Part shown: piece by piece, positions 38,622 to 47,596 of the stretch
Layout of the letters: each line of letters begins with the position of its first letter
Numbering within the stretch: the first letter of the stretch is position 1
NCBI GenBank assembly: GCA_964230555.1
Contig: CAXRIX010000169.1
Coordinates: 862 to 64,861, forward strand
Source: Bdellovibrionales bacterium
GTDB lineage: Bacteria; Bdellovibrionota; Bdellovibrionia; Bdellovibrionales; JAGQZY01
Length of the DNA: 64,000 nucleotides
Direction of reading: 5' to 3'
Notes under the pieces: model-generated
What the model was told of the DNA's origin: nothing
Seen by the model: only the letters and a program-made list of their open reading frames with translations
Database searches by the model: none
Program-made: the position numbers and the translations under genes

Positions 38622-40551
38622 CTCTCATGTTGTGATATTTTTTAAAGTAAGCTTCAAAAACCTCTTTGGCAATAGGGACAGCGGCGGCCGACGTGCAAGA
38701 GTGCTCAGTCAAAACGGCTATCGTTATCTGCGGTTCACCCTCTACAGTGCCATATCCGGCAAACCAACCGTTATGCTTTTCCTGTTTTCTTCGCTTCGGG
38801 CAGGGTTTGTAAATCTGATCAGCTGAAAACCGACGAACTTGGGCGGTTCCGGTTTTTCCGGCCACACTAAAAGGTTTTTTGAACTGAGTGCGGCGAGCCG
38901 TTCCCTGGCGGCCATTCACCACTCGCCAAAGCCCTTCTTTAACCACTTTGAAATGTTTCTTATCAACAAAGTAGTCGGCGTCTTTGTCCTCTGAAAGGTT
39001 TCGCTCAAGGATCGGCGTGAAAGACTTTTGTTCAAATTCCCAATCGGGATCGACCGGTGCTTCCATTTTTTTAATAATCTGGGGTTTGTAAACCGCTCCA
39101 TCTAAAGCGATCGCCGAGTAGGCCTGGGCCAACTGAATAGTGGTCACTAAAACATGCCCCTGACCGATGGCGGTGTTAAGGCTTTCGCCATCTTGCCACG
39201 GCTCACCCCAGCGCTTTTTCTTCCAGGCGCTGGTCGGCACATGTCCTTTGACTTCGCCGCGAATTGGAATCCCTGTGGTCTGTCCAAGCCCCAGAGCATT
39301 GGCGTACTTGGACATTTTGTCGGGACCAAGTTCAAGTCCCAGTTTGTAAAAAAACACATTACTAGAACGCTCCAAAGCTTCGCGAACTTCAATGTACCCT
39401 TGCCCGGTTTGGGTGTGGTCATGCCAAACTCTTCGTCCAAGCCGGTAAGTGGCAGGGGCGTGCACATGCTCATTGGCTTTGATGGCCCCTTCTTGTAACC
39501 CCGCTAAGGCAACGATCGGTTTGAAGGTTGACCCGGGAGCATAGTGATCTTGAATGGCTTTGTTGCGCAAAGGGCGATCCGAGTTGTTGACCCATTTTCG
39601 CCAGACCTCGGGACTCAATCGCTTGGAAAACTCGTTGGGGTCGAAACTGGGATAACTAACCCAAGCCAGAATTTCTCCTTCCGGGGTCATAGCAATCAAA
39701 GAACCGACGCGGTCAAATTTTTGAAAAGCCTCGGAGGCTTTCTGCTGAAGTTCAATATCCAATGTCGTAAAAATATCCGAGCCTGGAGTTGGAGGCGTGT
39801 TTTTTAAAATTTCTCCAATCGCACTCATCCGTTGTTGGGTGCGCTCTTGTCCTTTGGCATCGACAATCACAAAGGATTGCCCCTTCATACCTCGCAAATT
39901 GATATCAAAGGCCTCTTCGAGCCCTTTTTTACCAACAATATCTTTTTGTTTAAATTTGATTTTGTTGTCATACAACTTGTTCAGCCTTGGAATTTCTTTT
40001 TTTGAGATTTCACGAACGTAACCCAGCGTGTGCGCCACTTCACCGGCGTAGGGGTAGTGGCGAAGAATAAACTCTTGTGCATCCAAACCGGAATGATCAA
40101 GTTTGATGAGTTCGACTTTAAAAAGTTCATCACGGGTCAGGTGGCGCTTGATATCGACTGGAAAAAACGGACCATTCTGACGTTTCGATTTTTTCACTCG
40201 ATCGACGATGTCTTTGGGCTCCATTTCGAGGGCTGGGGCGAGGTCTTTGGCTAAGTTCTCCAAATTGTCAGTGTACTGAGGCGTGATGACGGCCTTGTAG
40301 GCCGGAAGGTTTTCAACCAAAACTTTGCCATCACGATCGTAGATGCGGCCTCGGGGGGCATAAACATCCGAGGATTTTAAAAGGTTTTTATTAGAGAATT
40401 CTCTGAACTCCTCACCGTGAATGATTTGCAGATACCAAAGTCGGCTGATCAGAATCATGACGAAAATCAGCATAACAGCTTTGGCCGCTTTAAAATTAAT
40501 ATCAAAATCGAAATGACCGGAGTCGTCTGAGGGCTGAAAAAACTTTGTCAT
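38590..40551 (-). CDS. mrdA: Penicillin-binding protein 2 (elongasome transpeptidase)
   Basis: N-terminal anchor, then APGSTFKP (SxxK), a SSN motif and KTGTAQ (KTG). Confidence 0.9.
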   Translation of the reverse strand: MTKFFQPSDDSGHFDFDINFKAAKAVMLIFVMILISRLWYLQIIHGEEFREFSNKNLLKSSDVYAPRGRIYDRDGKVLVENLPAYKAVITPQYTDNLENLAKDLAPALEMEPKDIVDRVKKSKRQNGPFFPVDIKRHLTRDELFKVELIKLDHSGLDAQEFILRHYPYAGEVAHTLGYVREISKKEIPRLNKLYDNKIKFKQKDIVGKKGLEEAFDINLRGMKGQSFVIVDAKGQERTQQRMSAIGEILKNTPPTPGSDIFTTLDIELQQKASEAFQKFDRVGSLIAMTPEGEILAWVSYPSFDPNEFSKRLSPEVWRKWVNNSDRPLRNKAIQDHYAPGSTFKPIVALAGLQEGAIKANEHVHAPATYRLGRRVWHDHTQTGQGYIEVREALERSSNVFFYKLGLELGPDKMSKYANALGLGQTTGIPIRGEVKGHVPTSAWKKKRWGEPWQDGESLNTAIGQGHVLVTTIQLAQAYSAIALDGAVYKPQIIKKMEAPVDPDWEFEQKSFTPILERNLSEDKDADYFVDKKHFKVVKEGLWRVVNGRQGTARRTQFKKPFSVAGKTGTAQVRRFSADQIYKPCPKRRKQEKHNGWFAGYGTVEGEPQITIAVLTEHSCTSAAAVPIAKEVFEAYFKKYHNMRVDEKNAKPKS

Positions 40552-41063
40552 TATATTCGCAAATTCTCCAATGTATCGATTCTTTCATATTCAATTCTTT
40601 GAGTCACCATGTCCAAGGCCATAATAATCAAAGGGGCGACGACAAGGGTGGCCAAAGAACTGCCCAGCCAGCTGAGGGCGGGGGGCCAATCCCACTGGCC
40701 CCAATACAGTTCGCGCAGCCAATGCATCGATTGAAAAATAAAAAATCCACCAGCAGCTCCCAGTGCGATGTGGATGGGTTTGGTGTGGAATCTTTCTCGA
40801 ATGATATAAAAGGCGAGGGTCATCAGATTCATCTGAATCAGCATGGGCGCCCAAGCCACTGTTGAAAAAGCCGCTACCACGAACAAATGAGGGATATTAA
40901 TCCACAAACAAAACAGCAGACTTTTGCGAAATGAATAAAAAGTCAGAACAATGAACCAGACCGCAGGAAGGGGGATCGGAAAGAAGTAGAGACTGCCCTG
41001 TAGACCAGAGAGTAAAAAACTCACGCTCAGGTAGGTTATTGCCGACCATACGGACTTTTTCAT
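40551..41063 (-). CDS. mreD: Rod shape-determining protein MreD
   Basis: 170-aa polytopic membrane protein located between mreC and mrdA, with overlapping stops/starts. Confidence 0.6.
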   Translation of the reverse strand: MKKSVWSAITYLSVSFLLSGLQGSLYFFPIPLPAVWFIVLTFYSFRKSLLFCLWINIPHLFVVAAFSTVAWAPMLIQMNLMTLAFYIIRERFHTKPIHIALGAAGGFFIFQSMHWLRELYWGQWDWPPALSWLGSSLATLVVAPLIIMALDMVTQRIEYERIDTLENLRI

Positions 41064-41893
41064 CTTTTCGCCTGTTTGTTACTTGGCTTTTTCTCAACGA
41101 TGACCAAGACCTCTTCGACATGATCAATCTTAACAGCGGGTTTGATTGTGGCTTGGTAGCTGACGGCGGTCGGGCTTGGATTGACCTCAACCACTTCACC
41201 AATTGTGAAGCCTTTAGGGAAATAGCCTTGGCTACCACTGGTCACCACCAAGTCGCCGGGTTGAGCATCCAGTTTTCGCATCATGTATTTAAGCTGGTAA
41301 AACTGATTGGTTGCGCCTGAGACGATCCCTCGCGCCCGTGTTCGCTGAACCAAAGCATCAATACTGGCATGTTGGTTGGCCAGCGGCAAAACCCGTGAAC
41401 TACCAGGCTCCACCTCGATAACGTAGCCAATAACACCCGCTGCCGCGATCACTCCTTGCAGGCGCTCGACGCCATCATCGCTTCCTTTATCGATGGTGAA
41501 CGAGCGTTGATTTGACAGAATATCTTTTGCAATCACCCGGGCGGCTCGGGTTGTTCGAGGCAGTTCCTTTTGAAATTTAAAAAGCTCGCGAAGACGAATA
41601 TTTTCTGTTCGATACTCTTCGAGCAATTGGATTTGCGAGGCCATTTTCGCATTTTCGACAGTCAGAGCTCGATTGTCGACGTTGGTGTCGACTAAGTAAA
41701 AGTAAGTGTTGAGACTGTCTTGGATTTTATGAGTGAATTGGTCATAGGTGCTTTGCACCCAGTGAGCTGGTTTTTGCAAAGGAGTGCCTTGAGCTGTGCT
41801 AAAAGCTCCCTTTTGCAGCGCATAAAAAATCAGAGCGGGAACAAAGATAAGAAAAAAAGATACCGTCTGTTTCCAATTCCACGAATTCCCCAT
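41060..41893 (-). CDS. mreC: Rod shape-determining protein MreC
   Basis: N-terminal TM helix, then a coiled coil (ENAKMASQIQLLEEYRTENIRLRELF), then GSDDGV..GVIG.V beta domains. Start chosen at ATG 41893 (MGNSWNWKQTVSFFLIF...); ATG 41980 is the alternative. Confidence 0.7.
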   Translation of the reverse strand: MGNSWNWKQTVSFFLIFVPALIFYALQKGAFSTAQGTPLQKPAHWVQSTYDQFTHKIQDSLNTYFYLVDTNVDNRALTVENAKMASQIQLLEEYRTENIRLRELFKFQKELPRTTRAARVIAKDILSNQRSFTIDKGSDDGVERLQGVIAAAGVIGYVIEVEPGSSRVLPLANQHASIDALVQRTRARGIVSGATNQFYQLKYMMRKLDAQPGDLVVTSGSQGYFPKGFTIGEVVEVNPSPTAVSYQATIKPAVKIDHVEEVLVIVEKKPSNKQAKR

Positions 41894-41999
41894 ATATTGA
41901 GAGGTATCAAATAGTGCCAAGAATTCCAATTGGAAAAAGCACCTGGGCAAGGTATGTTGTTTTCTTGTCCAAAAATCCATCGCATCTCTGGAGGTCAAT

Positions 42000-43472
42000 G
42001 TGTTTGAGGGAGTGACGAAACGTCGAAAGAACCCAATTATTAATATTTTTGGTTGGACCCTTTTAATTATCGTTTGTGTGGTCTTTGTCTTTATTGGGTT
42101 TTCTCCAAATTCGAACTTTTTAGGTCGCGGTGGGGCTGCTGCCCAAGTCAACGGTGATGCCATCAGCCTGCGTGAGTTCAAAGAATTATTGGATCGACTG
42201 GATAGCAGTCAGCAGGCCGGTACAAGCCAGGAAGCTCGACAGAAAATGCAGGCCAACGCGATTGATATTTTGGTGAAAAGGTCTTTGATTGTTCAAGAGG
42301 CGGAAAAACTAAATATCCATGTCAGCGATTACGAAGTGGCGCAGGAGTTAAAGAGCATTGAGGCCTTTTACGAAGATGATGTCTTCAGTCGCTATCGTTA
42401 TAAAAAGTACCTTCAGCAAGCCCGTATGTCAGAAGGTGAGTTTGAAGATCGAATTCGCCGGGATCTGATTATCCGCAAAATGAGTGAATTGATTGGTTTT
42501 GCAGCAAAAGACTTGGATATGATGGATCAGTTTGATGAAAAAATTGATCAAGCTCAGGTTAACGTGGGTTACGTGAAACTTTCGCCGGCAACAATTGGCA
42601 AGGTTAAAACGAGTCCAGCGACTTGGGCCGCCAAACACGAAGGCGAGATTAAGGACTACTATCAAAACCATAAATCGGAGTTCACCATCCCCGAGCAGGT
42701 GAAAGCGCGACATATATTGGTTAAGGCAAAAGATAAAACCAAAGAAAGTATGGATAAAGCAAAGGCCAAGATGGTGGAAATTGCTTCGAAGACCAACGTC
42801 GACAATTTCGCAAAAATGGCGAAAAAGCACTCTGACGATCCCGGCTCGAAAGCCAAAGGGGGAGACCTTGGGTTTTTTCCTCGTGGTCGTATGGTTCCTG
42901 AGTTTGAAAAGGCGGCCTTCTCGACAAAAAAAGGCAAGATCACAGAGCCTGTTGAGACCCAGTATGGGTATCATATAATCTTAGTGGAAGATAAAAAAGA
43001 CGAGCGTGAGGAAAGCTTTGAGGAAGTAAAAACTCAGATCGCCACGCAGTTGATGCAGGATAATGCCTATGAGTCGTCCTTAGATGAGGTTAAAAAGCTT
43101 TTAAAAGAAGACAAGTATGGCGAGCTTGAGGACTATCTTGGTGGTAAAGGCTTGCGATGGACCACCACCGGATTCTTTGGAATCACTAAAGAGACCATTC
43201 CAGGAATTGGATCAAATAAAGACTTTTTAGATGTGGCTTTAACTTTAAGCCCAGAAAAAGAGTATGGCGATCGATTGGTCTACCAGGGTGAGAGTGCCTA
43301 TCTATTAAAATATAAAGGTGCAAAACTGAGCCCCAGTTCTCAGCAAAACCCACAGATGGATTTTTTCAAGCAGCTGATGAAGCAGCAGAAAATGAATGTG
43401 TTGGTACAAAACTGGACAGAGTCTTTAAAAGAAAAGGCTTCTGTTAAGGTGAATCCCGAACTTCTTCAGTAG
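42000..43472 (+). CDS. Periplasmic chaperone/peptidyl-prolyl isomerase, PpiD-like (SurA-N plus parvulin domains)
   Basis: GTG start 5 nt after GGAGG. N-terminal anchor. The parvulin core reads VKARHILVK...GGDLGFFPRGRMVPEFEKAAF...GYHIILVED. Confidence 0.8.
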   Translation: MFEGVTKRRKNPIINIFGWTLLIIVCVVFVFIGFSPNSNFLGRGGAAAQVNGDAISLREFKELLDRLDSSQQAGTSQEARQKMQANAIDILVKRSLIVQEAEKLNIHVSDYEVAQELKSIEAFYEDDVFSRYRYKKYLQQARMSEGEFEDRIRRDLIIRKMSELIGFAAKDLDMMDQFDEKIDQAQVNVGYVKLSPATIGKVKTSPATWAAKHEGEIKDYYQNHKSEFTIPEQVKARHILVKAKDKTKESMDKAKAKMVEIASKTNVDNFAKMAKKHSDDPGSKAKGGDLGFFPRGRMVPEFEKAAFSTKKGKITEPVETQYGYHIILVEDKKDEREESFEEVKTQIATQLMQDNAYESSLDEVKKLLKEDKYGELEDYLGGKGLRWTTTGFFGITKETIPGIGSNKDFLDVALTLSPEKEYGDRLVYQGESAYLLKYKGAKLSPSSQQNPQMDFFKQLMKQQKMNVLVQNWTESLKEKASVKVNPELLQ

Positions 43473-43584
43473 ACTTCTCGAAAAGTCTGCTCTCGTCTTT
43501 ACAATCAAGATATTTTTTAGCTTTGTCTCATAGTGAGGCAAAGCATTTCGAGTTGAAAAATCTTTTTTTTTTCATGTTTTTGTC

Positions 43585-43611
43585 TTAATTTTTAGATCCA
43601 AAGTCCGATAG
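43585..43611 (+). promoter_or_regulatory. Sigma-28-like motif directly upstream of the subtilase-PilZ gene
   Basis: TTAATTTT-N11-TCCGATAG gives 6/8 and 6/8 matches to TAAAGTTT-N11-GCCGATAA. It shares the 10-mer AAGTCCGATA with the fliL promoter candidate. The -10 element ends only 6 nt before the GTG start. Confidence 0.3.
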
Positions 43612-43617
43612 ACTTTT

Positions 43618-45471
43618 GTGGGGCATTTAAGACCGTTTTTACTTATTGTAGCCGTTTTGTTTTCACCGCTTGTCTGGGCGCAGAACTACGTTCCAGGAGA
43701 GGTGATTGTCAAACTTAAGGATCAATCCCAAGCTCAGGTTGGTAAAGCATCAACGAAAGCGGCGATGTCGAAAATCGCTAATGAAAATGGACTGCAATTA
43801 AAACGCTCATGGAAGCGTTTTAATATGCACAGCTTTAAAGTCGGCAAAGGCAAGAGTGTTGAGCAGGTGGTCAACGACCTTCATTTTGATGACAACGTCG
43901 AATACGCCGAACCTAACTATATATTTAATAAACAAAGTGCTGGTATCGAAGGTCAACCAATGAGTTTTTCAGAAATGGAGGCTCAGGCTGCGAATTCCGG
44001 CTACAGTGGCAGTGGCTTTGGTCAAACTTCAGCCAATATTGATGCCGAACAGGCTTGGACGATTTTAAGTAATCTTCCCGACAAACCTGTGGTGGCCGTT
44101 ATTGATTCTGGAGTGGATTACAATCACTACGTGTTTGTGGAAAGCGGTGCCATCTGGGAGAACGAAGACGAGATCCCTGGCAACAACATTGATGACGATG
44201 GCAATGGATACATCGATGATGTTCGAGGTTGGAACTTTGTTTCAGACACCAACAATCCGATGGATGATGACAACCATGGAACCCATGTGGCGGGAATCGT
44301 TTTGGGTATGACCCAAGATATCTTGGCGTCCACTCTTGATGAGTCCATCATCAAAATTATGCCTTTGAAATTTCTCGACAATCAAGGGGTTGGAACAACC
44401 TCAGATGCTCTTGAAGCAATTAACTACGCCATCAATAATGGTGCTCATGTGTTAAATAACTCTTGGGGTGGCGGCTCTTACAGTCAAGCTTTGCAAGATG
44501 TCATTGTGCAAGCCTACAATGGTGGGCACTCCTTTATTGCGGCGGCAGGGAATTCGGCCAATAATAATGACGCCAGTCCTGTTTATCCGGCTAACTATGA
44601 TGTGCCGAACGTGGTATCGATTGCGGCCACAAGTTCTAGTGATGGTTTGGCGAGTTTCTCAAATTTTGGTGCCAGCTCGGTTCATGTTGCGAGCCCTGGT
44701 ATTTCAATTCTAAGCACACTACCTAATGATTCATTCGGATATTCTTCGGGTACAAGTATGGCAGCACCGTTTGCTGCTGGATTGGCCGCATTGATGATTC
44801 GCGAAAAAGGTGAGATTAATGGTTATCAGGTTAAAGGGGTTCTTTACGAATACTCGCAACTGATTGGTGGTCTTGCTGGAAAAGTGGCTAGCCAATCCAG
44901 AATCAATGCCTTTGATGCCATTGATTTTGTGCAAAACAACAATATCGATAGCTATCAACCGGAATACTCTCCCGTTTCACGGAGTGTTGCTTCGGGAGCG
45001 GCCGCTGCTGGTGGTGGCTGTGGACTGATTGGTGGCGCCTCACAAGGTCGAACCGGTCCGCCATCTGGGGGTAAGGTTCTTCTTTTCCTCGGACTTCTAT
45101 TTGCGCCGGTTATTTTGATGAACATTCTGCGTATTCGAAAGCAGAAAATGATCGAAAGTCGCCGCCAATTTCCTCGCTACAAAATGGATTCGGAAGTGCG
45201 GATCAATGTTGGAGGCAAACAGCTTGTTGGTAACATGAGCTCAATTTCACTGGGTGGTGCGCGTATTGATACCGATGCCCTGCTTGAAAAAGGTGGAGTT
45301 GTGACTCTTAACATTGCCAGCCCAGAAGGTGACCAACAGGTCGAAGTCCAAGGTCGAATTGTCTGGAGTGAAGACAAGAAGGCTTATGGTGTTCAGTTCT
45401 GTGAAACTGGAGATGATGCGGCTGCAGCCATTGGACTCTGGACCAAAAAATTATCCAAAAACAAGGCCTAG
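43618..45471 (+). CDS. Subtilisin-like serine protease (S8) fused through one TM helix to a C-terminal PilZ-like domain
   Basis: Signal peptide and an I9-like propeptide (VPGEVIVKLKD...VEYAEPNYIF). The catalytic triad is AVIDSGVD / HGTHVAG / SGTSMAAP. The TM helix VLLFLGLLFAPVILMNIL is followed by RIRKQK. The tail then carries RRQFPR and ...SISLGGARI..., which are PilZ motifs. Confidence 0.85.
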   Translation: MGHLRPFLLIVAVLFSPLVWAQNYVPGEVIVKLKDQSQAQVGKASTKAAMSKIANENGLQLKRSWKRFNMHSFKVGKGKSVEQVVNDLHFDDNVEYAEPNYIFNKQSAGIEGQPMSFSEMEAQAANSGYSGSGFGQTSANIDAEQAWTILSNLPDKPVVAVIDSGVDYNHYVFVESGAIWENEDEIPGNNIDDDGNGYIDDVRGWNFVSDTNNPMDDDNHGTHVAGIVLGMTQDILASTLDESIIKIMPLKFLDNQGVGTTSDALEAINYAINNGAHVLNNSWGGGSYSQALQDVIVQAYNGGHSFIAAAGNSANNNDASPVYPANYDVPNVVSIAATSSSDGLASFSNFGASSVHVASPGISILSTLPNDSFGYSSGTSMAAPFAAGLAALMIREKGEINGYQVKGVLYEYSQLIGGLAGKVASQSRINAFDAIDFVQNNNIDSYQPEYSPVSRSVASGAAAAGGGCGLIGGASQGRTGPPSGGKVLLFLGLLFAPVILMNILRIRKQKMIESRRQFPRYKMDSEVRINVGGKQLVGNMSSISLGGARIDTDALLEKGGVVTLNIASPEGDQQVEVQGRIVWSEDKKAYGVQFCETGDDAAAAIGLWTKKLSKNKA

Positions 45472-45533
45472 CCTCGGCTAGGACTGGACAACCCCAGAAG
45501 GCGTGATATTCTGCGGTCTTCTGGAGGTTTCCG

Positions 45534-46124
45534 ATGCGGTCAATCCTAACCTTTTCTCTGATTCTTTTTTCAACTCTGGCTTTTGGAAAAAACCAGAGCT
45601 GCACTTACGAATTCGATGTAGAAAACTCGAAAGTGGAAGGCACAGGATACAAATTTACGGAAAAAACGGGCGTTACGGCAAGCTTTCCCGGTTTTGAGTT
45701 GAATAAACAATCCAAGGCTGAATCTCCTAAAGCATTACTCGATGGACTTGTGGTGACTGTCAATTTGGTCACCATCGATTCCGGCAATGCCCTTCGAGAT
45801 AAAAATATGCGAGAGACTCTTTTGACTGGAATCCTTGGGGATTCTGTGGCGACAGTGACAGTTAAAAAAGTGACAGACAAATCCATAGAGACGGAATTTA
45901 AGATTAATGAGAAAACTCAAAAAATTGACTTTAAATACAGTTTAAAAGACTCAATCATGACAGCCAAAGGCTCGTTTGATGTCTTGAAGTTTGCTATGGG
46001 AGAGCAGGTGGCGGCCTTGAAAAAACGCTGTGGCTCTTTGCATACAGGAGCCGATGGAAAGTCTGTCACCTGGACAGAATTTGATGTGGCGGTCACAGCC
46101 ATGATTAAAAAGAACTGTCAGTAA
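45534..46124 (+). CDS. YceI-like periplasmic lipid/polyisoprenoid-binding domain protein (tentative)
   Basis: Signal peptide, a beta-rich fold and ...VNLVTIDSGNALRDKNMRETLL, which resembles the YceI signature. Confidence 0.45.
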   Translation: MRSILTFSLILFSTLAFGKNQSCTYEFDVENSKVEGTGYKFTEKTGVTASFPGFELNKQSKAESPKALLDGLVVTVNLVTIDSGNALRDKNMRETLLTGILGDSVATVTVKKVTDKSIETEFKINEKTQKIDFKYSLKDSIMTAKGSFDVLKFAMGEQVAALKKRCGSLHTGADGKSVTWTEFDVAVTAMIKKNCQ

Positions 46125-46212
46125 GTGTAGTAAAAAAATCCTTAAAATTTGAATATTTGTGGTATTCCTGTGCCAAGCTTTGATGGGGCTGGCATTAAAG
46201 GTGGAGTGAATT

Positions 46213-47574
46213 GTGTTTAAGCATTTAAAATCCAATGTGAAGGCTGTTTGGAGAATTTCTTGGCCTCTGATTATTGCCAATAGTTTTTGGAATATTCAGG
46301 TCACTATTGATCGCATTTTTTTAGGTGATTACTCCACTGAAACCCTGGGGGCGGCGATTGCCGCTGTCGGATTTTTTTGGGCGCCAATGGCATTGGTACA
46401 ACAAACCTCGGCTTATCTGACAACCTTTGTGGCCCAGTATACGGGGGCTAAGCAGCCTCACTGGATCGGGCCCAGCGTATGGCAGGCCATTTATGTCAGC
46501 GTCTTGGGTGGTCTTTTGTTTCTGCTTCTAATTCCTTTGGCGCCCCTGGTTTTTGCATGGATGGGACATTCGACTCTGATGCAGTCGTTAGAGGTTGAAT
46601 ACTTTCAAGCCTTGGCCTACTCCGCATTACCAACAGCCCTGGTGGCGGCCTGCAGTGGATTTTATACCGGGGTTGGACGCAGTCGAATCATTATGGTTAT
46701 TAACGGCATTGGAATGATCTTAAATATCGGTTTTGACTACGCCTTTATTTTTGGGAATTGGGGGATGCCGGCTATGGGTATTGCAGGAGCCGGCTTTGCA
46801 ACCACTTTGGCCAACTATGGAGCCGCGTTTTTTGGTTTGTATTTGATTTTCACTGACAAAAAAGCAGAGCAATTTAAAATTCGCTCCAGTTATAAAATCA
46901 ATATTGAACTGATGACCCGGTTTATTCGCTACGGGTTTCCCAGTGGCTTGCAGTGGGCGCTAGAGGGTTTGGCTTTTACATTCTTTCTCGCTTTTATTGG
47001 TCGTTTGCCCAATGGCGATTCAGCCTTGGCAGCCAGTAGTGTGACTGTGACTATAATGATGCTAGCGATCTTACCAGTGGTGGGAGTCGCGCAGGGAGTT
47101 TCGGCCTTGGTCGGACAACATCTTGGTGAGGAGCGTCCCCAGTGGGCCGTTAACGTTTCTTGGGCCGGTGTGGTTATGGGATGCTCGTACATCGGTATCG
47201 CCAGTCTGAGCTTTTTAGCGTTTCCTGATTTTTATTTGGAGTTATTTGCCGGTAAAGGGGAATCGCCATTGTGGCCCGATGTGCAGCAGATGGTCCCTTA
47301 CCTTCTCCAGTTCGTCTCTTTGTTTATGTTGTTTGATACGATGAACCTGATTTTTTCATTCACTCTAAAGGGTGCTGGTGACACTCGGTTTGTCAGCTTA
47401 GTGGCGTTGACTCTGCCTTGGCCTCTTATGGTGATTCCGACTTGGTATTTTGCCAGTTGGGAGAATGGTGTCTATTGGGCTTGGGGGGCGGCCAGTCTCT
47501 TTATTTGTATGCAAGGTATCGTTTTTTTACTTCGATTTTTGCAAGGAAAATGGAAAACAATGCGAGTTATTTAA
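46213..47574 (+). CDS. MATE family efflux transporter
   Basis: GTG start. 12-TM layout with an N-terminal WRISWPLIIANSFWNIQVTIDRIFLG typical of MATE/NorM. Confidence 0.85.
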   Translation: MFKHLKSNVKAVWRISWPLIIANSFWNIQVTIDRIFLGDYSTETLGAAIAAVGFFWAPMALVQQTSAYLTTFVAQYTGAKQPHWIGPSVWQAIYVSVLGGLLFLLLIPLAPLVFAWMGHSTLMQSLEVEYFQALAYSALPTALVAACSGFYTGVGRSRIIMVINGIGMILNIGFDYAFIFGNWGMPAMGIAGAGFATTLANYGAAFFGLYLIFTDKKAEQFKIRSSYKINIELMTRFIRYGFPSGLQWALEGLAFTFFLAFIGRLPNGDSALAASSVTVTIMMLAILPVVGVAQGVSALVGQHLGEERPQWAVNVSWAGVVMGCSYIGIASLSFLAFPDFYLELFAGKGESPLWPDVQQMVPYLLQFVSLFMLFDTMNLIFSFTLKGAGDTRFVSLVALTLPWPLMVIPTWYFASWENGVYWAWGAASLFICMQGIVFLLRFLQGKWKTMRVI

Positions 47575-47596
47575 AAAACTTTGTCAGTCTCTTTGT

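Noticed and set aside
41894-42181. Tracked 5' extension of mreC overlapping the divergent ppiD-like gene
   Set aside because: It would overlap the ppiD-like coding start by ~180 nt. MreC proteins have only a short N-terminus before the TM helix, which fits the Met at 41893.
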